A stretch of DNA of 64,000 nt from the NCBI GenBank assembly GCA_963666985.2, contig CAXXIA010000002.1:1-64000 (forward strand). Reading direction: 5' to 3'. This document shows positions 21,107 through 30,463 of this stretch, in pieces. The notes below the pieces were generated by a model. That model was not told where the DNA came from. It made no database searches and worked only from the letters and a program-made list of their open reading frames with translations. The translations under genes and the position numbers were made by a program. Positions within the stretch are counted from its first letter, which is position 1. Every line of letters starts with the position of its first letter. Source of the stretch: Spirochaetia bacterium (GTDB lineage Bacteria > Spirochaetota > Spirochaetia > DSM-2461).

Positions 21107-22336
21107 TCAGGCGGTTACTTCAATTCGGAAGAACCGTTTCTTGCCGGCCTTCAGCATTACCTCGCCGTCTTGTACGGCATCACTGCCGACAACGGCATCG
21201 ACATCATCGATTTTCTCATCGTTCACCCGGGCCCCGCCCTGCTGCACGAGACGGCGGGCCTCGCTCTTGGAAGAACACAATTCGGTTCGGGCGAAAAGAT
21301 CGAGAATGTTGATGCCCTCTTCGAATTCGGACTTGGGAATCTCACAGCTCGGAACACCCGAAACGTCGCCGCCTCCGGCGAATACCGCTCGGGCCGCATC
21401 CCGTGCCTTCACCGCCTCTTCCTCATTGTGCAGAAGTTTGGTGATTTCAAAAGCCAGCCGCTCCTTGGATTCGTTGATGGCCCTGTCCTTCGCGGCTCCG
21501 AGCTCGCGGCATTCCTCGGTCGGCAGAAAGGTGAAGGTGAGAAAGAATTTGGTTACATCCTCATCGGGCACGTTGCGCCAGTACTGATAGAAGTCGTAGA
21601 CCGAAGTCATTTCGGGATTTAAAAACAGAGCGCCCTTCTCGGTTTTTCCCATTTTCTTGCCGTCCGAACGGGTAACCAGAGGGAAGGTTAAACCGTAGCA
21701 CTCGCCGCCTTCCACTCTTCTGACAAGCTCTATTCCGGCGACGATGTTTCCCCACTGATCATCTCCGCCCATCTGCAGGGTACAGCCGTAACGGCGGTAG
21801 AGTTCCAGAAAATCATAGGACTGCAGGAGCTGGTAGTTAAACTCGATAAAAGACAGGCCCCTCTCAAGCCGCTGCTTATAGGCTTCGAAGGTGAGCATCC
21901 GGTTCACGCTGAAATGGCGGCCGATGTCCCGGAGGAAATCGATGTAGTTTAAAGGAGCCAGCCATTCGGCGTTATTGGCAAGAATCGCATCGGACCCCTC
22001 GAAATCAAGGAGATGGGCCAGCTGAGGCTTCTGAAACGTGATGTTCTCATCAATCTGCTCGTAGCTGATCATCCGGCGCATTTCGGTTTTTCCCGAAGGA
22101 TCGCCGATGCGGGCCGTTCCGCCGCCCATCAGGCAGATGGGACGATGACCGGCTTTCTGCAGATGGGCCATGGCGTAAGCCGGAACCAAATGACCGATAT
22201 GCAAAGAAGGCCCCGTGGGATCAAAGCCGACATAATAGGCAACCTGTCCCTCATCCAGTTTTCGGGCCAGTCCTTCTTCGTCGGTACACTGCTGGAAAAA
22301 TCCTCGTTCCTTCAGAATATCTAATGCACTGCTCAT
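21107..22336 (-). CDS. tyrS: Tyrosine--tRNA ligase
   Basis: YVGFDPTGPSLHIGH, GGDDQWGNI, KMGKT and a C-terminal S4 domain. GAGG RBS before ATG 22336. Confidence 0.97.
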   Translation of the reverse strand: MSSALDILKERGFFQQCTDEEGLARKLDEGQVAYYVGFDPTGPSLHIGHLVPAYAMAHLQKAGHRPICLMGGGTARIGDPSGKTEMRRMISYEQIDENITFQKPQLAHLLDFEGSDAILANNAEWLAPLNYIDFLRDIGRHFSVNRMLTFEAYKQRLERGLSFIEFNYQLLQSYDFLELYRRYGCTLQMGGDDQWGNIVAGIELVRRVEGGECYGLTFPLVTRSDGKKMGKTEKGALFLNPEMTSVYDFYQYWRNVPDEDVTKFFLTFTFLPTEECRELGAAKDRAINESKERLAFEITKLLHNEEEAVKARDAARAVFAGGGDVSGVPSCEIPKSEFEEGINILDLFARTELCSSKSEARRLVQQGGARVNDEKIDDVDAVVGSDAVQDGEVMLKAGKKRFFRIEVTA

Positions 22337-22493
22337 GTTCGTTTGCCTCATCTTTACTTATGGCGATTATTCTCGTAATGCCGCACTCGTTCCAACCACC
22401 GGCCGCCCTTGGGTGAAGGCATGTTCCAAGCGGCTTCGGGGATCACCTGGAAAAAAATCCTGCAAAAACCGCGGGTAAAGGCAGCCTCTTCAC

Positions 22494-23897
22494 TCAGGCG
22501 CGCTTGTACTCCCGGATTTCTTTGCGGATGCGGTCGGCCAGTCCCTCGATGGGAACGCGAACCTGCTCCATGGAATCCCGGTAGCGCAGGGTAACGGTAT
22601 TGTCTTCCTTGGTATCGTAGTCCAAGGTAACGCAGAACGGCGTGCCGATTTCATCCATGCGCCGGTAGCGCCGTCCGATGGCGCCGCCCTGATCGTAGAA
22701 CGTGGCGAAATCCTCGCGGAGGTTTTTTTCCAGATCCTGCGCCATTTCGGCCAATCCGTCTTTTTTCACCAGCGGGAACACGGCCACTTTCACCGGAGCG
22801 ATGTCCGGATGCAGATGCAGAACCGTTCGGACATCGGGTTTGCCGTCTTTATCCTCGCCGATGGTTTCTTCATGATAGGCGTCCATAAGCGTTACCAGGA
22901 CGCTCCGGGTAAGACCGGAAGAGGTTTCGATAACGTAGGGAACATAACGGCTGTTGTCCGCGGGATCCAAGTAGGTAATTTCTTTTCCGCAATATTCGCC
23001 GTGACGGCTTAAGTCGAAGTCCGTGCGGGAATGGACACCCTCGAGTTCTTGCCAGCCGAAGGGATATTCGTATTCGATGTCGTACGCGTCTTTGGCGTAA
23101 TGGGCCAGTTCGTTCGGTCCGTGCTGATGAAAGCGCAGCCGCTCCGGTTTGATGCCCAGCCGTTCTTTGTACCAGGCCATCCTCTGGGCCTTCCACATCT
23201 CGAACGCCTCGTCCTCGGTTCCCGGCTTCACGAAGTACTGCATCTCCATCTGCTCGAACTCGCAGGTTCTGAAAATAAAGTTCTTCGTGGTGATTTCGTT
23301 CCGGAACGCCTTGCCCACTTGGGCGATTCCGAAGGGAATCTGCACCCGGCTGGTATCCACCACGTTCTTGAAATTCACGAAGATGCCCTGGGCGGTTTCG
23401 GGGCGCAGATAAATCAGGCTGCCCTCGTCGGCCACGGGGCCCATGTGGGTGGTGAACATCAGGTTGAACTGACGGGCCTCGGTGAGTTCCCCGCCGCATT
23501 CGGGGCAGGTTCCGTCGGTAATGCCCTTCTCGGCCCAGATGCCTTCCAGATGGTCGGCCCGAAATCGTGTTTTACACTTCTTGCAGTCCACCAGCGGATC
23601 GGAAAAATTCTCCACATGTCCCGAGGCTTCCCAGGTGCGCGGATGCATCATGATGGCCGCGTCCAGACCGACGATATTCTCGTGCCGCCGGACCATTTCC
23701 TTCCACCAGGCCTGCTGGATGTTGTTCTTCAGTTCGCTGCCCAAAGGGCCGTAGTCCCAGGTGGCCGAAAGACCGCCGTAGATTTCGCTGGAGGGATACA
23801 CAAAACCCCGCCTCTTGCAGAGGGAGACGATCTTGTCCATGGATGCGCCGTGCTCGTTGGCCATTTCGTTGGCCTTCACCTTGCTGTCTTTCGCCAT
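22494..23897 (-). CDS. glyQS: Glycine--tRNA ligase, alpha2 (eukaryote-like) type
   Basis: LCKRRGF...SEIYGG, LRPETAQGIF, GKAFRNEI, IGRRYRRMDEIGTP. Confidence 0.97.
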   Translation of the reverse strand: MAKDSKVKANEMANEHGASMDKIVSLCKRRGFVYPSSEIYGGLSATWDYGPLGSELKNNIQQAWWKEMVRRHENIVGLDAAIMMHPRTWEASGHVENFSDPLVDCKKCKTRFRADHLEGIWAEKGITDGTCPECGGELTEARQFNLMFTTHMGPVADEGSLIYLRPETAQGIFVNFKNVVDTSRVQIPFGIAQVGKAFRNEITTKNFIFRTCEFEQMEMQYFVKPGTEDEAFEMWKAQRMAWYKERLGIKPERLRFHQHGPNELAHYAKDAYDIEYEYPFGWQELEGVHSRTDFDLSRHGEYCGKEITYLDPADNSRYVPYVIETSSGLTRSVLVTLMDAYHEETIGEDKDGKPDVRTVLHLHPDIAPVKVAVFPLVKKDGLAEMAQDLEKNLREDFATFYDQGGAIGRRYRRMDEIGTPFCVTLDYDTKEDNTVTLRYRDSMEQVRVPIEGLADRIRKEIREYKRA

Positions 23898-24146
23898 TTT
23901 CGGAGAGTCCTTCGAGTCGTTTCGGATGAATATTCGGCCAATAAAGTACCATTTGGAAGGCCCTTGTTGCAAGGAGATGGTTCTTCTGGTTTTTTTGCCG
24001 ACCCCCGGATGTCCGCCGCACGGCTTTCCTCTCCGAGAAGATGTTCTTGAATCCTCAAACGGCGCCGCCTATTCTTCATGCCGCGGCGCAAGAAACCGGC
24101 CCAATGGCCCCTTTTTTAAAAACGGCAGAACTTTCCATACGCAAAA

Positions 24147-24181
24147 AAGGGGTTGTCTCAAAACTTATGAGACAACCCCTT
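24147..24181 (-). terminator. Intrinsic terminator downstream of the flavodoxin gene
   Basis: Perfect 14-bp inverted repeat AAGGGGTTGTCTCA / TGAGACAACCCCTT with a T tract on the minus strand. Confidence 0.85.
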
Positions 24182-24234
24182 ACCGGCATTCGGCGCCCGC
24201 GGCACCGCCTGTTTAAAGTTCTCTTAACAAAGTC

Positions 24235-24732
24235 TCAGCCGATTTCCTTTTTCAGCCGCTCCGTCCACGCGGCAATACGGCCGGCGGTTTCTCCTGACTG
24301 ATTATCTTCATCAAGGGCAAGCCCGACAAACAGACCATCCTCTTCAGAAGCGGATGTTTCAAAGGAGTAGCCTTCGGACGGCCAGGCGCCGATGAAAGCG
24401 GCTCCGGTATTCACAAGCATGGCTTTCAGAAGACCCATTGCATCGGCGAATGTATCCGAATAACTCTCCTGATCGCCGAGACCGAAGAACGCGACCTTTT
24501 TCCCGGAAAGGCTTAATCCCGGCAGGGAACCGGCAAGAGCATCCCAATCATCCTGCAAATCTCCCAATCCCCAGGTTGAAGAGCCTAAAATCAGAACGTC
24601 GAAATCCGCAAATTTCTCAAGACTTCCTGAGTCGATTGAGAAGCACCGGGCACCTAATGCCTGTGCGATATCTTTTGCGGCGGATTCCGTATTTCCGGTT
24701 GTGGAACCGTAGAACACGGCAATATTACTCAT
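24235..24732 (-). CDS. fldA: Long-chain flavodoxin
   Basis: YGSTTGNT, STWGLGDLQDDW, FGLGDQESY, FVGLALDEDNQ; AAGGAG RBS. Confidence 0.95.
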   Translation of the reverse strand: MSNIAVFYGSTTGNTESAAKDIAQALGARCFSIDSGSLEKFADFDVLILGSSTWGLGDLQDDWDALAGSLPGLSLSGKKVAFFGLGDQESYSDTFADAMGLLKAMLVNTGAAFIGAWPSEGYSFETSASEEDGLFVGLALDEDNQSGETAGRIAAWTERLKKEIG

Positions 24733-24751
24733 ACAAGTCTCCTTAATAGTT

Positions 24752-25087
24752 TTATAAAGCAGCTCCAATCCCCGCGAGCTTACGCTCCCGATACCGCTCA
24801 TACTGCTGAGATCTCGAATATCCGAGCATAATTCCCAACATGAAATCTTCTTCAAGGGTGTATTGATTCAAGGGCTTATTGCCGAAACTGCGAACAATAT
24901 CAATGCATCCCGGCTCACCGAAATAAACATTGGATTTTTCATCATTAACGGACTGAACCAAATACGCGATATCGTTTCGATAAAGCCGCTGCGTAACGGT
25001 TTTCACCTCATCCCGCGGGATTGTCCACAACACCAAATCCCTGATTCCCTTCCGGTATTCGTAGATATGATGTTCGAGCATGGTCAT
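24752..25087 (-). CDS. DUF2023-family protein
   Basis: HHIYEYRKGIR.LVL.T and LEEDFMLGIMLGY...QYERY; adjacent to flavodoxin. Confidence 0.85.
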   Translation of the reverse strand: MTMLEHHIYEYRKGIRDLVLWTIPRDEVKTVTQRLYRNDIAYLVQSVNDEKSNVYFGEPGCIDIVRSFGNKPLNQYTLEEDFMLGIMLGYSRSQQYERYRERKLAGIGAAL

Positions 25088-25159
25088 GAAAAGTTTCCTT
25101 ACCTTCCGCCTCCCCTTAGGTTCTCCGGAGGGATGGACGGATTCAATCTTAAAAACGAA

Positions 25160-26215
25160 TTAGAACTCAAAACCGACGGCCGCATAAAAACCGCCGCCCG
25201 TATCATTTCCGCCCGGGGCGTTCAGAGCGGCGGGATTCTCATCGCCGTCAACCGTATCGATAAGATAACCGACGGTGAATTGCAGAGGGCCGCCGTACAC
25301 ATAAGCCCCCAAATCCATTCCCAGGAATGTATCGGCGGCGGCATCTCCCATGGCCAGTACCGTTCCCAGACTTAAACCCACGGTTTCCTTGAACTCGGCG
25401 GAAGCTTCGAGATAAAGAGTATTCAAGGATTCTCCGACGATATCGGTCGCGCCGATATAAGCCGCGATATCATCGGTCAGCGGAGCGTTGAAATACGCTC
25501 CGAATCCGAAGGCATTCTCTTCGGATCCCAAGTCGTATGCTTCGATCAGGCCCAATTCAAGAGTGGATTCACCGAATTCGAGTCCGTAGGACGCATCGGC
25601 AAGAACCACACCATCACCCTCGGATGCCGCATTATCATAAAAGACTTCCAGATTCAGAGGCAAAACGGACAGTTCGGCATAAACGCCGCCCATCCAGGAA
25701 GCGGGAGTTGCGACTCCGAGTGTGTCGATTGCCGCACCGCCGTAGACGCCGAGAACGCCGAAATCGGCTTCATAGCCCAGATTCAACGCCATACTCCAGC
25801 CGCTGTTGCCTAAAACTTCATCGCCGGAACCGGCCAGAATCTCTTCTATCTCATATCCGGAAATCACGTTGTATCCGCTGCTTTCCGCTTCGAAGTACCC
25901 GGCCTCGAGAGTCAGGATAATCGGAAGGTCGTAAAAGGTACCGAATTCACCGGTCACCTTAAATTCATCGATCAGGGCTTCGGCGGCAGCCTGAGAATCG
26001 GGATTCCAAAGGAAAACGGTATCAACGGCGAGTCCTTCAACCGGTACAACGGTGATATCCAGCTCCATTTCCACATCGGTGGTATTCGTATCTCCGTCGG
26101 TTTGGAAACCGGTTGTAACCTCCCCTGCGAATTCGACGATATTGCCCTCTTCGGCGAATATCGAGGCGGCCGCAAGAGCCGCGACCAACAGTAGAATAGC
26201 GATTTTCTTGACCAT
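25160..26215 (-). CDS. Exported acidic protein, probable outer-membrane beta-barrel
   Basis: Signal peptide (...AAASIFA), alternating amphipathic strands, C-terminal GFYAAVGFEF; GGAGG RBS. Confidence 0.65.
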   Translation of the reverse strand: MVKKIAILLLVAALAAASIFAEEGNIVEFAGEVTTGFQTDGDTNTTDVEMELDITVVPVEGLAVDTVFLWNPDSQAAAEALIDEFKVTGEFGTFYDLPIILTLEAGYFEAESSGYNVISGYEIEEILAGSGDEVLGNSGWSMALNLGYEADFGVLGVYGGAAIDTLGVATPASWMGGVYAELSVLPLNLEVFYDNAASEGDGVVLADASYGLEFGESTLELGLIEAYDLGSEENAFGFGAYFNAPLTDDIAAYIGATDIVGESLNTLYLEASAEFKETVGLSLGTVLAMGDAAADTFLGMDLGAYVYGGPLQFTVGYLIDTVDGDENPAALNAPGGNDTGGGFYAAVGFEF

Positions 26216-26235
26216 TCAGGTCCTCCATACGATTT

Positions 26236-26276
26236 GTTTAATTCGTATTCTTAATTATTAGTCTTAATTATGTCAA
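26236..26276 (-). promoter_or_regulatory. Sigma70 promoter overlapped by tandem Fur-family-like boxes
   Basis: TTGACA (26276-26271), 17 nt, TAAGAA(T). TCTTAATTAT is repeated at 26249 and 26262, with a partial copy at 26236. Confidence 0.6.
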
Positions 26277-26453
26277 TTATACACATCTTTGTTTTCTAGC
26301 TATTACTATCTTTAATCGCCGGGCATTCTTCAGAAGAGGAAAACGGTTTGATTTTTTACGTCTTTGCACCGAGGGGAAATCCAAATGGCATCAGAAGCGG
26401 ATGTGGTGGGAAGAATACTTTATTCGGCATTCCATTTATAAATGAACCATTTT

Positions 26454-26482
26454 TTGCAACCTCAATTAACTTCTCCTATGAT
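26454..26482 (+). promoter_or_regulatory. Sigma70 promoter of the DGC-kinase-NosP operon
   Basis: TTGCAA, 17 nt, TATGAT; ATG 9 nt downstream. Confidence 0.65.
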
Positions 26483-26491
26483 TAAGAAAGA

Positions 26492-27406
26492 ATGCAAATT
26501 CTCATTATTGAAGACGACCCCGTATCACGGCGTATTCTGGAAAGCCTCCTGAAAAAATGGGGGTATCACACCGTTTCCGCGGAAAACGGATTAGAGGCAT
26601 GGGAACAGATACAGAGTGCCGATGTTCCCAATCTCATAATCTCGGACTGGATGATGCCGAATCTCACCGGTGTTGAGTTATGTGAGCGGATACGGAAACT
26701 GGAAACCGCCGGATACATCTATTTCATTCTTCTCACGACAAAAAATGAAAAAAAGGATCTTATCCAAGGTCTGGAATCCGGCGCCGACGATTTTATTATC
26801 AAACCCTTCGACAAAGAAGAACTGCGCTCACGGATTAAAATCGGAGAAAGAATCATCACTTTGGAGCAGCGGATCATCGCGCTTGCGAATACCGATTACC
26901 TGACCGGTGTGTTAAACAGGCGCGCTTTCATGGATCAGTTCGGCAGAGAGATTCTTCGCTGCCGGCGGCAGAAATACAGTCTTTCGGTCATCATGACGGA
27001 CATCGATTTCTTCAAATCCGTCAATGATGAGCATGGACATCTGGCGGGCGATTTCGTTCTGAAGCGATTCGCCGAGATTATCGGATCAGGCAACAGGCCT
27101 TATGACTTCATGGGGCGCTACGGAGGAGAAGAATTTGTCTTTTGCCTGCCTGAAACGGATATAACTCAAGCGGCGGCATTCGCCGAAAGAATGCGGCAAA
27201 AAATCGCACAGGCCGAGCTGAACTATACAGAAGAGCCACACTGTTCCATCAGGATAACGGCGAGTTTCGGCGTTTTTTCAAGCCGGGCAGACCATGATTA
27301 TTCGCCCGAATCCTTTATTAAAGCCGCCGACGACGCGCTTTACCGAGCCAAAGAAAACGGCCGCAATCGTGTTGAAGCCGATTCCGTCGGCAGATCGGTT
27401 CCATAA
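26492..27406 (+). CDS. Response-regulator diguanylate cyclase (REC-GGDEF)
   Basis: IIEDD, SDWMMP, DIDFFKSVND, I-site RPYD and GGEEF. Confidence 0.95.
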   Translation: MQILIIEDDPVSRRILESLLKKWGYHTVSAENGLEAWEQIQSADVPNLIISDWMMPNLTGVELCERIRKLETAGYIYFILLTTKNEKKDLIQGLESGADDFIIKPFDKEELRSRIKIGERIITLEQRIIALANTDYLTGVLNRRAFMDQFGREILRCRRQKYSLSVIMTDIDFFKSVNDEHGHLAGDFVLKRFAEIIGSGNRPYDFMGRYGGEEFVFCLPETDITQAAAFAERMRQKIAQAELNYTEEPHCSIRITASFGVFSSRADHDYSPESFIKAADDALYRAKENGRNRVEADSVGRSVP

Positions 27407-27444
27407 AGCGCGGATTCCATGGCCGCCGGAGAAAAAGAGGGATT

Positions 27445-30438
27445 ATGAGCGAAACCATTACGAATCTTCAGCAGCGGATCAGACAGCTTGAAACCGAATT
27501 GCTCAAATCAAAAAAAATCAACCGAGCTCTGATGGAACGCATGGAAAAAAGCGTTGAGAACATAAGCGGTTCCTTCGGACTTTTTGAAAATACAATTCAT
27601 TTGCAGCAAGAAGTGAAACTGCGGACCGAAGCCCTTGAACTGACCAACCGCGAACTGAAACAGGAAATCAGAAATCGCAAGAAAATCGAAAAAAATCTTC
27701 ATGATTCTCAACGGGTTCTCCAGGACATTCTGGATACAATCCCCATGAAAATATTCTGGAAGGATAAAGAACTCCGCTTTCTTGGAGGGAACCGGGAGTT
27801 TGCGGAAAGCGCCGGCATTCACGACCCGAAAGACCTTGAGGGAAAAACTGACAATGATATGCCATGGAGGAAACAGGCGGAAAAGCTTCGCCATGATGAG
27901 CAGGAAGTTATCGATAGCGGTGTTCCGAATATGCTCTCGGAGATTCCTCTTCTCGACTCAAAAAAAAACACCGTATGGCTTCTTACAAACAGAGTGCCCA
28001 TGAGGGATACGGACGGCAATGTCAACGGCGTTCTCGTCGCTTATTTAGATATTACAGAATACCGGCAAGCGGTGGATGCCCTCCGGGAAAACGATAAACG
28101 CTTCAAAGAGATTTTCCAGGCATTGCCGATCGGTGTTCTGATGACAGACCCCGAAACCCTGAGAATCGTGGATGTGAACGCCTCCGCAACGGCTCTTATC
28201 GGGCTGCCCCGAGAAGAAATCCTCGACCAGCTTTGCCGCAAATTCATCTGCTCGGAAGAGTCGGGACCCTGTCCGTTTTTCGATGGCTCACAGACCATCG
28301 ACAACATTGAACGAACTCTTTGCATCGGAACCGGTGAGAAAATACCTGTTTTAAAATCAATCCAGTCCATCCGCCACCATGGGAAAAAGTATCTGATTGA
28401 AAGTCTTGTTGATCTGCGGGCGCAAAAAAAAGCCGAAGAAGCGCTGAAAAAAGCGAAGGCGGCCTCGGAGGAAGCCAGCAGATCCAAAAGCGAATTTTTG
28501 GCCAATATGAGTCATGAAATACGAACACCCATGAACGGAGTTGTGGGAATGGCGGGTTTGCTGGCAAAAACCGAATTGAACATTGAACAAAAACAATATG
28601 TTCAGGCCATCCAGTCCTCATCCGAATCACTCATGACCATTATCAACGATATTCTGGATTTCTCGAAAATCGAGGCGAAAAAACTCGATTTCGAATCCAT
28701 CGATATCGATTTGCGGGACTGCATCGGTGATTGTCTGCATTCACTGATTATTCGAGCCGCCGAGAAAGGCATAGAACTGGCCTATCATGTAGAGCAGGAT
28801 GTTCCCGAGAGAATTGTGGGAGATCCGGGCAGACTGCGCCAGATTTTGGTCAACCTTGTCGGCAACTCCATTAAGTTTACGGAAAAAGGCGAGGTTGTCG
28901 TATCGGTTTCCAAGGAGTCCATGGACGAAGACTTTATCATCCTGCGTTTCGATGTCGCCGATACGGGAATCGGTATTTCGGAGGAAAAACAAAAGAGAAT
29001 TTTCGAAGCGTTCTCCCAGGTGGATGCTTCCACAACCCGAAAATACGGCGGAACGGGTCTGGGCCTGACCATCTGTTCCAGCCTTGTGGAACTCATGGAA
29101 GGGAAAATCTGGGTTGAAAGCCGAATCGGCAAGGGAAGCACGTTCAGCTTTACCGTCCGTTTGGGAGTTTCAAAATCGCTACAAACATTCATCATTCCGG
29201 GCACTTTGTCGGCATTGAAAAACTTATCGGTTCTTGTGGTGGACGACAACGCGACGAATCGGCGTATTCTGGAAGGAATCCTTACCGGTTGGGAATTCAA
29301 CTCATCCACGGCGGGAAGCGGACCGGAGGCATTGAATCTCCTTTCCGAAGCGGTCAAAAAAGATCATCCTTTTCAGCTGATCCTCCTGGATGGGAACATG
29401 CCGGTTATGGACGGATTCATGCTTGCCGATATCCTCAGAAAGCACTCCGAACATCGGAGTATCCCCATAATCATGCTCACATCCTCCGGAATCAAAGGAG
29501 AAAGCGAGCAGTGCAGAGAAATCGGGATATCATTGTGCCTCACAAAACCGGTGAAGCCTTCCGTTCTTTTGGATTCCATCCTGATGCTTTTCGGAACGGA
29601 AAAACAAAAAGAAACCGCTTCCGTAATCAGCCGGCCCGAAGAGGAAATGGAAAATCCTCTCCGGATACTCCTGGCTGAAGACAATGCCGTTAATCAAAAA
29701 ATCGCTTCCACGATGCTCAAACACAGAGGGCACCAAGTCGTTATCGTTGAAAACGGCATCGATGCCGTAGCGGCGCTTGATTCATCAGTCGGTTCACCCT
29801 TCGATCTTGTTCTGATGGACATACAAATGCCGGTGATGGACGGTTTGAACGCAACACGGTGTATTCGGGAAAAAGAGAAAAAAACAGGAACGCATATTCC
29901 CATCATTGCCCTAACCGCCCACGCCATGAAAGGCGATAAGGAAATGTGCTTGGAAGCGGGCATGGATAATTATGTTTCGAAGCCTATTCGCATTGAAGAA
30001 TTCCATAACGTTATAAAACAAGTGCTCCCCCAAGAAAAGAAAACGAGTTCTTCTTCGGTGCCCGCCGAGAAAGAAAAAGAAACAGATTCGGATGAAGTCT
30101 TCAATTTTCAAGAAACGCTGGACCGGCTGGAAGGAGATGTGGAGCTATGCAAAGAAATAATGTCTCTATTTCTGGAGAACAGCCCCGAAGACGTAATCCG
30201 AATCCGCAATGCGGTTATGGGAAAAGACGCCGACGAATTATACCGGCGCTCTCACGCGCTCAAAGGTTCGGCCGCGAATTTCACCGCCGCCCGTGTTGTG
30301 GAAGCGGCGCATCGTTTGGAGAAAATGGGAGAAACTCATAATCTGGAAAACAGCACCGATGCCTTCAATGTCTTAGAGACGGAAATCTCTCGTCTCCAAA
30401 GCGCCCTTGAAAAACAAATGCGGCTTCTGGATTTATGA
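27445..30438 (+). CDS. Cytoplasmic hybrid histidine kinase (PAS-PAS-HisKA-HATPase-REC-REC-Hpt), NahK-like
   Basis: N-terminal KINRALMERME...SFGLFE...V..RT..L helix, SHEIRTPMNG, GGTGLGL, two REC domains and Hpt HALKGS. Confidence 0.92.
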   Translation: MSETITNLQQRIRQLETELLKSKKINRALMERMEKSVENISGSFGLFENTIHLQQEVKLRTEALELTNRELKQEIRNRKKIEKNLHDSQRVLQDILDTIPMKIFWKDKELRFLGGNREFAESAGIHDPKDLEGKTDNDMPWRKQAEKLRHDEQEVIDSGVPNMLSEIPLLDSKKNTVWLLTNRVPMRDTDGNVNGVLVAYLDITEYRQAVDALRENDKRFKEIFQALPIGVLMTDPETLRIVDVNASATALIGLPREEILDQLCRKFICSEESGPCPFFDGSQTIDNIERTLCIGTGEKIPVLKSIQSIRHHGKKYLIESLVDLRAQKKAEEALKKAKAASEEASRSKSEFLANMSHEIRTPMNGVVGMAGLLAKTELNIEQKQYVQAIQSSSESLMTIINDILDFSKIEAKKLDFESIDIDLRDCIGDCLHSLIIRAAEKGIELAYHVEQDVPERIVGDPGRLRQILVNLVGNSIKFTEKGEVVVSVSKESMDEDFIILRFDVADTGIGISEEKQKRIFEAFSQVDASTTRKYGGTGLGLTICSSLVELMEGKIWVESRIGKGSTFSFTVRLGVSKSLQTFIIPGTLSALKNLSVLVVDDNATNRRILEGILTGWEFNSSTAGSGPEALNLLSEAVKKDHPFQLILLDGNMPVMDGFMLADILRKHSEHRSIPIIMLTSSGIKGESEQCREIGISLCLTKPVKPSVLLDSILMLFGTEKQKETASVISRPEEEMENPLRILLAEDNAVNQKIASTMLKHRGHQVVIVENGIDAVAALDSSVGSPFDLVLMDIQMPVMDGLNATRCIREKEKKTGTHIPIIALTAHAMKGDKEMCLEAGMDNYVSKPIRIEEFHNVIKQVLPQEKKTSSSSVPAEKEKETDSDEVFNFQETLDRLEGDVELCKEIMSLFLENSPEDVIRIRNAVMGKDADELYRRSHALKGSAANFTAARVVEAAHRLEKMGETHNLENSTDAFNVLETEISRLQSALEKQMRLLDL

Positions 30439-30463
30439 AGGCCGCAAGAATAAGGAACGATCA

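Noticed and set aside
22337..24234. T-box leaders for tyrS and glyQS (also gltX)
   Set aside because: No AAGGTGGNACC-type T-box motif with a following terminator was seen upstream of the starts.
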